From Rhodothermales bacterium (GTDB lineage Bacteria; Bacteroidota; Rhodothermia; Rhodothermales; VXPQ01), in the NCBI GenBank assembly GCA_022825385.1, contig JAJDWX010000042.1, forward strand, positions 31,406-95,405: a stretch of DNA of 64,000 bases. Direction: 5' to 3'. The position numbers and the translations under genes were made by a program. Numbering within the stretch: position 1 is the first letter of the stretch; every line of letters starts with the position of its first letter. The notes under the pieces are model-generated. The model made no database searches. It was given only the letters and a program-made list of their open reading frames with translations, and was not told the DNA's origin. Below, piece by piece: positions 38,481-49,491 of this stretch.

Positions 38481-38944
38481 GTGATACGGTTGCAAAGATT
38501 GCCTGCATGGTGCCCGGCAGTTGCCGCACTTCCCATTGCGACAAAGACAAATGCCGGGTTGATTTGGACGAGGCGCCGCAGGTGCGGATCATTGTCGATA
38601 TGGACTGTACAGCACTGTCGATTTCGAATGCTGTAAAACGGTGCGATTATCTATTCGTTGGCCAAGATCGCAACGTGACCTGGGTCGCTCCGATTGAACT
38701 GAAGAGCGGAAAATTCAGCGTTAGTGCTGTCCTGGAGCAACTTGAAGGAGGAATACGAATGGCGAATATATGGCTTCCCCAAGGAATTTCCTTCCAGTTT
38801 GTTCCTGTCTTAGCGTGCAGAAAAACGCCCCATCGAAAAGATATCGAAAGACTTCGCGCGAGGAAACTGCGATTGCGTGGACAACGCAAGAGCATAGCGG
38901 TGATTAAATGCGGTGATCGATTGAGGGAGGCTCTTGACATATGA
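38477..38944 (+). CDS. Small basic protein with a PD-(D/E)xK-like motif, translationally coupled to the ATPase
   Basis: ATGA overlap at 38477; KRCDYLFV...WVAPIELKSG...EQL; Cys-rich N-terminus. Confidence 0.7.
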   Translation: MSDTVAKIACMVPGSCRTSHCDKDKCRVDLDEAPQVRIIVDMDCTALSISNAVKRCDYLFVGQDRNVTWVAPIELKSGKFSVSAVLEQLEGGIRMANIWLPQGISFQFVPVLACRKTPHRKDIERLRARKLRLRGQRKSIAVIKCGDRLREALDI

Positions 38945-39069
38945 CGACAGGCCGCAAAAAACTCATCGAAGTAGCCCTGCCGCTGGACGCGATCAACAAG
39001 GCGGAACCGACATTCAACGAAGCGGTGGACCTCGGTCAGCCGTCGGGCGGTGTGGCCGATATGGCTTGA
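38941..39069 (+). pseudogene. N-terminal stub of a DUF1156-family DNA methylase
   Basis: Translates MTTGRKKLIEVALPLDAINKA, which I recognise as the conserved DUF1156 start, then unrelated sequence and a stop at 39067-39069; ATGA overlap with the upstream gene. Confidence 0.7.
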
Positions 39070-39275
39070 AACTTGGCCTCAGACTCTATGCGCTGCACGA
39101 CGTGCAAGAAGCCCCCGGCTCAGGCGGCTTGCCCCGCATGCCTGTCGGCAGATTCGAGCATATTTGGGCATGAATCGGAACCCCGGGAGCCGAATTTCAT
39201 TGACTTGACCACGGCGTATTGCCGATGCGGCGCGATGCCTGCTATGCGCCCCAAGCCCGATTCTGCATTGTACCG

Positions 39276-40943
39276 ATGTCTCTCGCTGCGCAAATTATTG
39301 ACCAACAGGTGTCCGGCATTGTCGAGAAGCGCTCCGATGCTTTGAGCAATGCGCTTGGGTCAGGCGCCGACGAGCAGAGGAAACGCTCGATAGCGTTCCT
39401 CTTCCTTGTCGCGAAAACAGCGTTTGACCTGACGGATGACGAGGCGCTCGACGGCATTGTGGACGGAGGAGACGATTTCGGGGTCGATGCGTTGTATTTC
39501 GAATCGCCCGACGACGGCGAGCTGCACATTACGCTGATACAGGGGAAATACAAAAAGAATCTTGACGGGAACGCGGCGTTTCCCGAGAACGGTATTGCCG
39601 GTATGATTGGCGCGATCAGAACGCTTTTCGATCCGGCCAAACCGGTGAGTCTAAATCGCCGCCTGGAGCAGCGGATTGAGGACATACGTTCCTTCGTCAA
39701 GGAGGGCGCGATTCCGCGCGTCACTGCGGTCGCTGTAAACAATGGCGTACGGTGGACTGAGCAAGCGCAACGACGGATAGACAATGCAAGCAAGGATTTT
39801 GGAGGACAGGTCGAGTGGCGTTATATCGGATCTGAGGAACTCCTTGCCTTGTTGCAGGCTCAAAAGCCGATCAGCGCAGAATTGCAATTCAACGGCCAGG
39901 CGCTTGTCGAAACATTCGACTTCCGTCGCGTACTGGTCGGGCGAATATCCGTCGCCGAGCTTGCACGGCTTACCAATGCGTACGACAATGCGTTATTTGA
40001 GCGAAATATTCGCCGGTACCTGGGTTTGAAGGGCAATCGCGTGAACGAGGCGGTCGCCGCCACGCTTCGCGAACCCGGGGATCGTTCGAATTTTTATTTT
40101 TACAACAATGGCGTTACCATCACCTGTTCGCAGTTTCGCTACAATGCGCTCCAAAGAGATAACTGGCAGGTGCAGATTAATGGCTTGCAAATCGTCAACG
40201 GCGGACAAACGGCGCGCACCGTTCAGCAAATAGCAAGAGAGGTTGGTCCAGAAATTGGCGAAGCGGAAGTTCTTGTCCGTATATACGAGCTTCCTCAAGA
40301 CGATAATGAACTCGTTGGAGCGATTACGTTCGCTACGAATAGTCAAAACCCGGTCGATCTGAGGGACCTGAAAGCCAACGATCCTCGCCAGAAGCACCTT
40401 GGTACGTCCATTGTTGCATTGGGATACAAGTACCGCGCCAAGCGGGAGGATCGTTCGGTATCGCCTGACGAATTTACGAGCGCGGTGGTTGCCGAAGCCG
40501 TCCTCGCAATTTGGCGCCGCCGTCCCCATCAGGCAAGATTCAGTGGCCGGAAGCACTTCGGAGCGTTATATAGCAGAATTTTTTCCGAAGACCTGAATGG
40601 CGCCCAGGCGATCATTGCCGCGCTGCTGCTGAGGCATACGGAAAACCGACGAAAAAGGCCTCCCCGTGATACCCCGGATTTTCTTGCTTACGGTTCCCGG
40701 TTCGTCGCCATGCTCATGGGAAAATATCTTCTGGAGGATATGGATATTGCCCTCGACAAACTTACCCATCGCAATTTTGAGCGTGCCCGCGAACGGGTTC
40801 AACACAACGCCGAAGAATATGCGAACCGCGCCGAGGCGCAGATCGAAGAGGCACTGGATACCTTGTTCAACGGTCGAGCGCGTACGCTGCAACGCCTGTC
40901 CGCGACCTTCCGCCGCGCCGATCTTATAGAGTTGCTTCTGTAG
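39276..40943 (+). CDS. AIPR family protein (abortive infection phage resistance)
   Basis: DGGDDFGVDA, QGKY, LFERNIRRYLG, NFYFYNNGVT, QIVNGGQT, TNSQNPV..RDL. Confidence 0.9.
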   Translation: MSLAAQIIDQQVSGIVEKRSDALSNALGSGADEQRKRSIAFLFLVAKTAFDLTDDEALDGIVDGGDDFGVDALYFESPDDGELHITLIQGKYKKNLDGNAAFPENGIAGMIGAIRTLFDPAKPVSLNRRLEQRIEDIRSFVKEGAIPRVTAVAVNNGVRWTEQAQRRIDNASKDFGGQVEWRYIGSEELLALLQAQKPISAELQFNGQALVETFDFRRVLVGRISVAELARLTNAYDNALFERNIRRYLGLKGNRVNEAVAATLREPGDRSNFYFYNNGVTITCSQFRYNALQRDNWQVQINGLQIVNGGQTARTVQQIAREVGPEIGEAEVLVRIYELPQDDNELVGAITFATNSQNPVDLRDLKANDPRQKHLGTSIVALGYKYRAKREDRSVSPDEFTSAVVAEAVLAIWRRRPHQARFSGRKHFGALYSRIFSEDLNGAQAIIAALLLRHTENRRKRPPRDTPDFLAYGSRFVAMLMGKYLLEDMDIALDKLTHRNFERARERVQHNAEEYANRAEAQIEEALDTLFNGRARTLQRLSATFRRADLIELLL

Positions 40944-40971
40944 GGTTGGTTTTGCGCCCGTCAAGCGGCCA

Positions 40972-41017
40972 CCTTAATAATTAAGGCATGAAAAATTCCG
41001 ACTTAAAAAATTAAAGT
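40972..41017 (+). repeat. AT-rich twin-palindrome motif, copy 2
   Basis: ccttaataattaaggcatgaaaaattccgacttaaaaaattaaagt. Confidence 0.7.
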
Positions 41018-41122
41018 ATCCCATTTTTTGCCTTTTTTCCTCCAGTTGTACTCCGCCCTCCGTACCTGCACTCATGCACCGCGGCGCGAAAAATCTTCCT
41101 GATCTGCCTTTTTCAATCAGCC

Positions 41123-41170
41123 CGCCTTAATAATTTAGGCGCGAAAATTTGAACTTAAAAAAGTAAGGCG
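41123..41170 (+). repeat. AT-rich twin-palindrome motif, copy 3
   Basis: cgccttaataatttaggcgcgaaaatttgaacttaaaaaagtaaggcg. Confidence 0.7.
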
Positions 41171-41389
41171 CCCTCTCGCAGGCCCGCGCAGCGTCTCAAT
41201 AGTTTCCTCCCCCCTGCGCCTGTATCCCGTCTCCTGCGCCATATCCCGATTTCACATCTGCATTCCCCAGGCGCCGCGCCTCCGGCGCCCCACGGTAATA
41301 TCCTCTTCCGTCCCGCCTCCCCGAACCCTTTCCCCCCGCAAAGAGTATGTACCCGCCTTGACCGATATTTCCTTCACCGAGAGCAGAAC

Positions 41390-43960
41390 ATGGCCGGATA
41401 CCCCTTCGCCGAAATAGAGCGGCAATGGCGGCGGTACTGGGAAGAACAGAAGACCTTTCGCACGCCCGACGAGCCGGACCCGAGCAAGGAGAAATTCTAC
41501 ATTCTGGACATGTTTCCGTATCCGAGCGGGACGGGCCTGCACGTAGGGCACCCCGAAGGCTATACGGCTACGGACATCCTGGCGCGCTACAAGCGCATGA
41601 AGGGTTTCAACGTGCTGCATGCGATAGGCTGGGACGCTTTTGGCCTGCCCGCCGAGCAGTACGCGGTCAAGACGAACACGCACCCGCGCGTCACCACGGA
41701 AGCGAACATTGCGCGCTTCCGCGAGCAGCTCAAGATGCTCGGCTTCTCGTACGACTGGGACCGGGAGATAGACACGACGTCCCCGGACTATTTCCGCTGG
41801 ACCCAGTGGATATTCCTCAAACTGTACGAAAAGGGCCTGGCTTTCCAGAGCGAGGCGCCTGTCTGGTGGTGTCCCGAACTGGGCACGACGCTGGCCAACG
41901 AAGAAGTGGTGGACGGAAAATCCGAAGTGGGAGGCTACGATTGCGTACGCAAGCCGCTTCGGCAATGGATGCTGCGCATTACCGAGTATGCGGAGCGGTT
42001 GCTCGAAGGACTGGACGACCTCGACTGGCCCGAAAGCACCAAGGAAATGCAGCGCAACTGGATCGGGAAGTCCGTCGGGGCCGAAGTGGCGTTCCCCGTA
42101 TGCGGCCTGCCGGACGAAACGATTCGCGTATTCACGACGCGCCCGGATACGCTGTTCGGGGCTACGTATATGGTGCTGGCGCCCGAACATCCCCTCGCCG
42201 AGAAAATCACCACGCCCGACCGGCTGGAAGCGGTAGCAGCCTATGTCGCCGCGGCGGCGCACAAGAGCGACCTGGAGCGCACCGAACTGCAACGCGACAA
42301 AACCGGCGTGTTTACCGGTGGATTCGCCCTCAATCCCGTGAACGGCGAGCGCATTCCCGTCTGGATCGCGGAGTATGTGCTGATTTCCTACGGAACGGGG
42401 GCCATCATGGCCGTGCCTGCCCACGACGAGCGCGACCATGCGTTCGCCAAAACCTTCGACCTGCCGATCCGGGAAGTGGTTTCGGGCGGAGACGTCGCCC
42501 GCGAGGCGTACGCGGGGGAGGGCGCGCTGGTCAATTCCTCCAGCGAGGACCGGGCCATTCCCGGCGTCGCCGAACGCGGCGTTTCCATCGATGGATTGGA
42601 CACGGAGTCCGCCCGCCAGAAAATGATCGCCTGGCTCGAAGCGAACGCATGCGGACAGGCCAAGGTCAATTACAAGCTGCGCGACTGGCTATTCAGCCGG
42701 CAGCGCTACTGGGGCGAGCCGTTCCCGCTGATTTTCGTGAACGGGGCGCCGAAACCCCTCCCGGAGGACGCGCTTCCCGTGACCCTGCCCGACCTTGCGG
42801 ATTTCCAGTCTTCCGGCCAAGTGGAAGGCCCCCTGGCGGCGGCCGCCGAATGGGTCGAGACGGTAGATCCCGAAACGGGCGCGCCCGCCCGCCGCGAAAC
42901 GAACACCATGCCGCAATGGGCCGGGTCCTGCTGGTATTTCCTCCGGTTCATCGATCCGCGCAACGACCGCCTTCTGGTCGATCCCGAAAAGGAGCGGTAC
43001 TGGATGCCGGTCGATCTCTACATAGGCGGCGCGGAGCACGCCGTGCTGCACCTGCTGTATGCGCGGTTCTGGCACAAGGTGCTTTACGACGCGGGCGTCG
43101 TGAGCACGCCCGAACCGTTCCGCAGGCTCATTCATCAGGGCATGATTCTCGGGGAAATGGAGTATTCCGCGAACGGAGAGCGCATAGCGGAGGCGGACGT
43201 GCGGAAACAGGGCGACGGGTTCGTGCTGAAGCGCGACGCGTCGGTTCCGGTCGAGGCCCATGCGTACAAGATGAGCAAGAGCCGGGGCAATGTGATCAAC
43301 CCGGAAGACGTGGTGGAGCAGTACGGCGCGGATTCGCTCCGGCTGTACGAAATGTTCATGGGGCCGCTGGAGCAGGTGAAGCCCTGGAGCATGCGCGGGG
43401 TCGAAGGGGTGCATCGTTTTCTGAACCGCGCGTGGCGCCTCTTCGTTGACGAAGAGACGGGCGCGTTGCGGGGCCGCGTGAACGGCGTCCCCGCGTCGAA
43501 GGAGCAATTGCGCGCGCTGCACAGGACGATAGCGAAAGTCACCGACGATATCGAGCGGCTGCATTTCAACACGGCCATCGCCGCCATGATGGCGTTCGTG
43601 AACGCCGCCAACAAATGGGACGCCATGCCGCGGGACATAGCCCGCGCGTTCACGCTGATCCTGAGCCCGTTCGCGCCGCATATCGCAGAGGAACTCTGGC
43701 GCAGGCTGGGCGGCGGGCGTACGCTGGCCTACGAACCCTGGCCGGAGGTCGCAGCCGAGTATTTACAGGAAGATTCCGTCGCGATCGCGGTGCAAGTGAA
43801 TGGCCGGATTCGCGCTACGATCACGATCCCGCAGGACGCGGAGAAAGATGCGGCGCTCCAGGCGGCGCGCAGGGAGGAGAATGTGGCGAAGCATATCGGA
43901 GCGCGCGCCGTGAAGCGGGAAATATACGTGCCCGGACGCATTGTGAACTTTGTCGTGTAA
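41390..43960 (+). CDS. leuS: Leucine--tRNA ligase
   Basis: [40 protein letters not shown]. Confidence 0.97.
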   Translation: MAGYPFAEIERQWRRYWEEQKTFRTPDEPDPSKEKFYILDMFPYPSGTGLHVGHPEGYTATDILARYKRMKGFNVLHAIGWDAFGLPAEQYAVKTNTHPRVTTEANIARFREQLKMLGFSYDWDREIDTTSPDYFRWTQWIFLKLYEKGLAFQSEAPVWWCPELGTTLANEEVVDGKSEVGGYDCVRKPLRQWMLRITEYAERLLEGLDDLDWPESTKEMQRNWIGKSVGAEVAFPVCGLPDETIRVFTTRPDTLFGATYMVLAPEHPLAEKITTPDRLEAVAAYVAAAAHKSDLERTELQRDKTGVFTGGFALNPVNGERIPVWIAEYVLISYGTGAIMAVPAHDERDHAFAKTFDLPIREVVSGGDVAREAYAGEGALVNSSSEDRAIPGVAERGVSIDGLDTESARQKMIAWLEANACGQAKVNYKLRDWLFSRQRYWGEPFPLIFVNGAPKPLPEDALPVTLPDLADFQSSGQVEGPLAAAAEWVETVDPETGAPARRETNTMPQWAGSCWYFLRFIDPRNDRLLVDPEKERYWMPVDLYIGGAEHAVLHLLYARFWHKVLYDAGVVSTPEPFRRLIHQGMILGEMEYSANGERIAEADVRKQGDGFVLKRDASVPVEAHAYKMSKSRGNVINPEDVVEQYGADSLRLYEMFMGPLEQVKPWSMRGVEGVHRFLNRAWRLFVDEETGALRGRVNGVPASKEQLRALHRTIAKVTDDIERLHFNTAIAAMMAFVNAANKWDAMPRDIARAFTLILSPFAPHIAEELWRRLGGGRTLAYEPWPEVAAEYLQEDSVAIAVQVNGRIRATITIPQDAEKDAALQAARREENVAKHIGARAVKREIYVPGRIVNFVV

Positions 43961-43986
43961 AGAAATACGCTGATCAAAACCACTTT

Positions 43987-44769
43987 ATGGCTGTTTCTTC
44001 GGCTTCCATACCGCCCCCGCTGGACGTGCTTGCCTTTGGCGCGCATCCCGACGACGTGGAATTGTGCGCGGGCGGGACCCTCTGTTCGCTTGCGAAACAG
44101 GGCTACCGCGTGGGGGTGGCGGACCTTACCCGGGGCGAACTCGGCACCCGGGGCACGCCGGCCCTGCGCGCCGAAGAAGCGGCCCGCGCTGCGAAAATCA
44201 TGGGATTGACCGTCCGCGAAAACATGGGGCTGCCCGACGGAAACATTGCCAATACGCCCGAAAACCGCCTCCCCGTCCTTCGCGCGTTGCGGACCTGGCG
44301 TCCGCATATCGCGCTCGTCGGGGGACCCGAATGCCGCCATCCCGACCATGGGGCGGGCGCCCGCCTGTGCGCCGACGCCTGTTTTTACGCCGGGTTGCAG
44401 GGGATTCCGACGGAGGACGCCGCGGGCGCTCCCCAACGCCCCTGGCGTCCGCAGCATGTGCTGCATTACATGCACCTGGTCGAGTTCGACCCTACGTTCG
44501 TGGTGGATGTGACGGATGTGTGGGAACAGCGGCTTGAAGCGCTCCGGGCGTTTCGGTCGCAGTTTTACAATCCCCGCTACGAAGCGAAGCCCGGCGAGCC
44601 CGAAACGTTCGTGTCGGACAAGGGATTTCTGGAATGGATCGAAGCGCGGGCCCGGACGTTCGGCCACCGAATCGGCGTCCGGTACGGCGAACCCTTCCTG
44701 TATCGCCAGGGCCCGGTGGGCGTTCGCGACCTTGCGCGCGCGCTGGAACACAAGAAACGATTTCGGTAA
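43987..44769 (+). CDS. bshB1: Bacillithiol biosynthesis deacetylase BshB1 (PIG-L family)
   Basis: LDVLAFGAHPDDVEL, DLTRGELGTRGT, RHPDH, SQFY. Confidence 0.88.
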   Translation: MAVSSASIPPPLDVLAFGAHPDDVELCAGGTLCSLAKQGYRVGVADLTRGELGTRGTPALRAEEAARAAKIMGLTVRENMGLPDGNIANTPENRLPVLRALRTWRPHIALVGGPECRHPDHGAGARLCADACFYAGLQGIPTEDAAGAPQRPWRPQHVLHYMHLVEFDPTFVVDVTDVWEQRLEALRAFRSQFYNPRYEAKPGEPETFVSDKGFLEWIEARARTFGHRIGVRYGEPFLYRQGPVGVRDLARALEHKKRFR

Positions 44770-44943
44770 CCGAAATGGCCGGATGCGTCCGCATCGCGCC
44801 GGGTCGAAAAAATACGGCCCGGAGCCGCCCCGGAATGTCTCCGTATAACTTTGCATTGACTGACTACCCGTTTCGGCAGTATATTATCCCTTTCCGGCAA
44901 GCGCTCCGGAACGCCCCGCGTATCCGTTTCCACCCTGTTTTTC

Positions 44944-45522
44944 ATGCCTGACACCAGCGATTTTCGCAACGGCCTGACGCTCGTCCGCAACGGCGATTTA
45001 TGGACGATCATGGAGTTTTTGCACGTAAAGCCCGGCAAGGGCGGCGCCTTCGTGCGCTCCAAGCTGAAACAGGTGCGTTCGGGCAAGATCGTGGAGCATA
45101 CGTTTCGGGCGGGCGAGAAGGTGGAAACGGCGCGCATCGAGCGTCGCCCGCACCAGTTTCTGTACGAGGACGACCTGGGCCTGCACATGATGAATACGCA
45201 GACCTACGAGCAGTTTTCGCTTCCCGCGGATCGCGTGGAGGGCCGGGAATTCATTATCGAAGGGACCACGGTCGATATTCTTTTTCATGCCGAAGCCGAG
45301 GAGCCGCTCAATGTCGAATTGCCCGGCAAGGTCGATCTTGTCGTGGTCGATACGGACCCGGGGGTGCGCGGCGACACGGCCACCGGGGGCGCCAAGCCGG
45401 CCATCATGGAGAGCGGCGCCGTGGTGCTGGTTCCGCTTTTTATCGACGAGGGCGACGTGGTTACCGTCAATACGCAGACCGGCGAATACGTAACGCGCGC
45501 GTCGACGGCGAACAAGAGCTGA
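44944..45522 (+). CDS. efp: Translation elongation factor P
   Basis: HVKPGKGGAFVR, PGVRGDTATG, VPLFI. Confidence 0.96.
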   Translation: MPDTSDFRNGLTLVRNGDLWTIMEFLHVKPGKGGAFVRSKLKQVRSGKIVEHTFRAGEKVETARIERRPHQFLYEDDLGLHMMNTQTYEQFSLPADRVEGREFIIEGTTVDILFHAEAEEPLNVELPGKVDLVVVDTDPGVRGDTATGGAKPAIMESGAVVLVPLFIDEGDVVTVNTQTGEYVTRASTANKS

Positions 45523-45589
45523 CTGATTTTGTCCAACCGTATTTACAGTCGCTTGCTTTCTGAATCCAGTCCTTGCTTCCGCACTGCAT

Positions 45590-46096
45590 ATGGATCTCCC
45601 CCTGATTGAAAAATTGCTCAAGATCGTCAAGGACAGCGGCGTCGCCGAGGTCGAGATTACGGAGGACGATCTCAAAGTGGTTGTCCGCATGCAGCCGCCG
45701 TCCGCGCAGGCGCCGCCCGTCGTGGCCTGGCCGCCGTATCCCGCGCCGCCAGCGGCTCCGTATGCGCCGCCCCAGGGTTCCGCAGACGGTTCGCAGGCGC
45801 CGCCCGCCGCTTCCGGACCGGCCCCCGCGCCGGCGGACGAAAGCGCGCCGGAACCCGCCCGCGCCACGGTCAAGGCCCCGCTGGTAGGCACGTTTTATCG
45901 TGCTTCGGCGCCCGGCGAAGAGCCCTTCGCGAAGGTGGGCGATGTCGTGCGCAAGGGGGATACGCTCTGCATCATCGAGGCGATGAAACTCATGAACGAA
46001 ATAGAGAGCGAGGTGGACGGCACGATAGCCGAGATTCTGGTGGACGACGCGCTGCCCGTCGAGTTCGATCAGCCGCTCTTTTTGATAGAAACCTGA
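45590..46096 (+). CDS. accB: Acetyl-CoA carboxylase biotin carboxyl carrier protein
   Basis: Pro/Ala linker; IEAMKLMNEI biotin site. Confidence 0.95.
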   Translation: MDLPLIEKLLKIVKDSGVAEVEITEDDLKVVVRMQPPSAQAPPVVAWPPYPAPPAAPYAPPQGSADGSQAPPAASGPAPAPADESAPEPARATVKAPLVGTFYRASAPGEEPFAKVGDVVRKGDTLCIIEAMKLMNEIESEVDGTIAEILVDDALPVEFDQPLFLIET

Positions 46097-46126
46097 CCGC
46101 CCCCGGCAGTCGATTCCGCTCGTCTC

Positions 46127-47482
46127 GTGATCAGGAAGGTGCTCATCGCCAACCGCGGAGAAATTGCGCTCCGCATCATTCGAACCTGCCATGAAATGGG
46201 GCTTCGAACCGTCGCCGCGTATTCCACGGCGGACAGGGATTCGTTGCATGTCCGGTTCGCGGACGAGGCGGTATGCATCGGCCCTCCGCTTTCCCGGGAA
46301 AGTTATCTGCGTCCCGACCGGATTATCGCCGCGCTTGAGGTTACGGGGGCGGACGCCGTCCATCCGGGGTATGGATTCCTGTCCGAAAACGCCGATTTCA
46401 GCGCCATTTGCGAAGATCACGAAGTGATTTTCATTGGCCCCCGGGCGAAAACCATCGCCATGATGGGGGACAAGAGCGTGGCCAAGGAAACCATGCGGAA
46501 GGCGGGCGTGCCGGTGGTGCCGGGTTCCGACGGGGCCGTGCCTGATGTTAAAGCCGGCAAGGCGGTCGCCGACGACATCGGGTATCCGGTCATGGTCAAG
46601 GCGTCTGCGGGCGGAGGCGGACGCGGCATGCGCATCGTTCGGGAGGCCAGCGACTTTGCCCGCCAGTTCTCGGCGGCGGCAGGCGAGGCCGAGGCCGCCT
46701 TCGGCAGCGGCGATTTGTATATCGAAAAATATGTCGATCGTCCGCGCCACGTTGAAATTCAGGTGTTCGGCGACGGCAAGGGGCGGGTCGTGCATTTTGG
46801 CGAACGCGAATGCACCATCCAGCGCAGGCACCAGAAACTGCTTGAAGAATCGCCGTCGCCCGTGGTGGACGCGGCGCTAAGGGCCCGCATGGGGGCGGCG
46901 GCGGCGCGCGGGGCGGAGGCCGTGGAGTACGCGGGCGCCGGAACCATGGAGTTTCTTGTGGACGCCGCCGGCGATTTTTATTTCATGGAGATGAATACGC
47001 GCATTCAGGTGGAGCATCCCGTGACGGAAGAAGTGACCGGCGCGGACCTGATCGAACTCCAGATTCGCATCGCCATGGGGGAGGAACTGCCGGAAGAAGA
47101 CGTCGCCATGACGGGGCACGCCATAGAGTGCCGGATCAACGCAGAGGATCCGTTCAACGATTTCCGCCCCTCGCCGGGCGTCGTTACGGCGTTTCATACG
47201 CCGGGCGGGCAAGGCGTTCGCGTGGATACGCATGCGTACGCCGGGTACGCCATTCCGCCGTATTACGATTCCATGATCGCCAAACTCATTGTGTACGCCC
47301 GCACCCGTCCGCTTGCCATTCGGAAGATGCGGCGCGCGCTCAGCGAATTCGTGATCGAGGGCGTGCATACGACCATCCCGTTCCATCGCCGCCTGATAGA
47401 AGACCCCGCGTTCCAGGCAGGCGAATTTACGACGGCGTTCCTCGACACATTCGATTTGACCCCCGAAAAAACGGACGCATGA
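46127..47482 (+). CDS. accC: Biotin carboxylase
   Basis: [42 protein letters not shown]. Confidence 0.96.
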   Translation: MIRKVLIANRGEIALRIIRTCHEMGLRTVAAYSTADRDSLHVRFADEAVCIGPPLSRESYLRPDRIIAALEVTGADAVHPGYGFLSENADFSAICEDHEVIFIGPRAKTIAMMGDKSVAKETMRKAGVPVVPGSDGAVPDVKAGKAVADDIGYPVMVKASAGGGGRGMRIVREASDFARQFSAAAGEAEAAFGSGDLYIEKYVDRPRHVEIQVFGDGKGRVVHFGERECTIQRRHQKLLEESPSPVVDAALRARMGAAAARGAEAVEYAGAGTMEFLVDAAGDFYFMEMNTRIQVEHPVTEEVTGADLIELQIRIAMGEELPEEDVAMTGHAIECRINAEDPFNDFRPSPGVVTAFHTPGGQGVRVDTHAYAGYAIPPYYDSMIAKLIVYARTRPLAIRKMRRALSEFVIEGVHTTIPFHRRLIEDPAFQAGEFTTAFLDTFDLTPEKTDA

Positions 47483-47513
47483 CGTTATTGTCTGCATCAG
47501 AACCACGATTTTC

Positions 47514-47897
47514 ATGAAATACCCTGACGATCTTTTGTACACGAAAGACCACGAGTGGATACGCATCGAGGAAGGCGGCGCGTCGGCGACCGTAGGCGTG
47601 ACGGACTTTGCGCAAGAAGAGCTCGGGGACGTCGTGTTCGTCGAATTGCAGCCGCCCGGCTCCGAGATTGCCCGGGACGAACCGTTCGGGGCCGTCGAGG
47701 CGGTCAAAACGGTGTCCGATCTCTATATGCCCCTGTCGGGCAGCATCCAGGAAGTCAACGAGAAGCTGGAGGCGCACCCCGAATATGTGAACGTCGATCC
47801 GTACGGAGAAGGCTGGATGGTTCGCATTGCGCTCGCCGACGTCGCGGAGGCGGACGACCTGCTTTCCGCAGAAGATTACGAACGCATGACCGGGTAG
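47514..47897 (+). CDS. gcvH: Glycine cleavage system H protein
   Basis: [25 protein letters not shown] (lipoyl Lys), DPYGEGW. Confidence 0.95.
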   Translation: MKYPDDLLYTKDHEWIRIEEGGASATVGVTDFAQEELGDVVFVELQPPGSEIARDEPFGAVEAVKTVSDLYMPLSGSIQEVNEKLEAHPEYVNVDPYGEGWMVRIALADVAEADDLLSAEDYERMTG

Positions 47898-47908
47898 GAC
47901 CGCGCGAG

Positions 47909-49477
47909 ATGCACGAACGCATCGTCATTCTGGATTTCGGAAGTCAGTACACGCAGCTCATTGCGCGGCGCGTCCGCGAGGCGGGCGTGTATTCCGAAAT
48001 ACACCCCTGCACCCGGTCTTCGGAAGAAATACGGGCGATGCATCCGAAGGGAATCATTCTTTCGGGAGGGCCTTGCTCCGTGTTCGATCCGGGCGCGCCG
48101 CAGCTGGACCCTGCGTTGCTCGCCATGAAGCGCAGCGACGGCTCGCCGACGCCCGTGCTGGGCATTTGCTACGGGCTCCAGGCGATGGCCCGCCTCGAAG
48201 GAGGCGACGTGGCGCCTGCCGACCGCCGCGAATTCGGACGCGCCCGGCTCCATATCGACGACCCGTCGGGGCTGTTTCAGGGCGTGCCCGACGGTTCCGT
48301 CGTCTGGATGAGCCACGGAGACCACCTCACCCGCCTGGCGCCGAAGTATCGGATTCTTGCGCATACGGACAACGCGCCCATTGCGGCGGTGGCGTCGGAT
48401 CGGGCGCCGCATTACGGCGTGCAGTTTCATCCCGAAGTGGCGCATACCGACGCCGGACGCCTGCTCGTCGAAAATTTTGCGATGGGCATATGCGGATGCC
48501 GGGGAGACTGGACGCCCGCCTCCTTCGTGGACGAAAAGAAACAGGAAATCCGGGAGGCGGTGGGCGACGCCCGCGTTATCCTCGGCCTGTCCGGCGGCGT
48601 GGACTCGTCCGTGGCCGCCGCGTTGCTGCGCGAAGCCATTGGCGAGCGCCTCATCTGCATTTATGTGAACAACGGGGTGCTTCGGAAAGGAGAATGGGAG
48701 GAGGTGCAAGCGATTTTCCGGGACCATTTCCGCTTGCGCCTGAAGGCCGTGGACGCCGCAGACTTGTTTCTGGATCGCCTGGCGGGCGTCTCCGACCCGG
48801 AAACGAAGCGCAAGATCATAGGCAACGCGTTCGTGGAAGTGTTCGACGCCGCCGCCCGCGAGATTGCAGAGGAGGCAGGCGAGCGCCCCGCCTTTCTGGC
48901 CCAGGGAACCCTGTACCCGGACGTCATCGAAAGCGTTTCGTTCAAGGGGCCCTCGGCCACGATCAAAACCCATCACAACGTGGGCGGGCTCCCCGAACAA
49001 CTCGACTTCGAGGTGATTGAGCCGTTTCGGGAGCTTTTCAAGGACGAAGTGCGCGAAATAGGCCGCCTGCTGGGGCTGCCTGAACTGGTCGTGGGGCGGC
49101 ATCCGTTTCCCGGTCCCGGGCTGGCCGTGCGCATTCTGGGTCCGGTTACGCGGGAGGCGGTCGCCATCCTGCAGGAAGCGGACGCCATCTTCATCGAGGA
49201 ACTTCGGCTGAGCGGCTTGTACGATACCGTATGGCAGGCGTTCGCCGTGTTGCTGCCCGTGCGGACGGTGGGCGTGATGGGCGACGAACGCACCTACGAA
49301 AATGTGTGCGCGCTGCGCGCGGTTACCAGCGTGGACGGCATGACGGCGGACTGGGCGCGCCTTCCAGGGGATTTTCTGGCCCATGTATCCAACCGCATCG
49401 TGAACGAAATCCGGGGCGTCAACCGGGCCGTATACGACATCAGCTCCAAACCTCCGGCCACGATCGAATGGGAATAA
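47909..49477 (+). CDS. guaA: GMP synthase (glutamine-hydrolysing)
   Basis: [47 protein letters not shown]. Confidence 0.97.
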   Translation: MHERIVILDFGSQYTQLIARRVREAGVYSEIHPCTRSSEEIRAMHPKGIILSGGPCSVFDPGAPQLDPALLAMKRSDGSPTPVLGICYGLQAMARLEGGDVAPADRREFGRARLHIDDPSGLFQGVPDGSVVWMSHGDHLTRLAPKYRILAHTDNAPIAAVASDRAPHYGVQFHPEVAHTDAGRLLVENFAMGICGCRGDWTPASFVDEKKQEIREAVGDARVILGLSGGVDSSVAAALLREAIGERLICIYVNNGVLRKGEWEEVQAIFRDHFRLRLKAVDAADLFLDRLAGVSDPETKRKIIGNAFVEVFDAAAREIAEEAGERPAFLAQGTLYPDVIESVSFKGPSATIKTHHNVGGLPEQLDFEVIEPFRELFKDEVREIGRLLGLPELVVGRHPFPGPGLAVRILGPVTREAVAILQEADAIFIEELRLSGLYDTVWQAFAVLLPVRTVGVMGDERTYENVCALRAVTSVDGMTADWARLPGDFLAHVSNRIVNEIRGVNRAVYDISSKPPATIEWE

Positions 49478-49491
49478 CGAGACGATTTGCG

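Noticed and set aside
40972-41170. Twin-palindrome motif as a canonical dif (XerC/XerD) site
   Set aside because: Lacks the XerD arm ttatgttaaat and the 11-6-11 layout; kept only as an unnamed motif.
41200-41389. Possible T-box or riboswitch leader before leuS (short direct repeat cctgcgcc..tatcccg, C-rich tract)
   Set aside because: No T-box consensus or terminator/antiterminator visible; only a short low-complexity duplication.
41425-43449. 674-aa alternative-frame ORF in leuS, and similar overlapping ORFs at 29183-31231 and 57344-59362
   Set aside because: Each overlaps a well-supported gene and shows GC-frame low-complexity composition.
44846-44853. TAACTTTG matching the Bacteroides -7 promoter box upstream of efp
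   Set aside because: A single 8-mer; unclear whether this lineage uses that promoter type.
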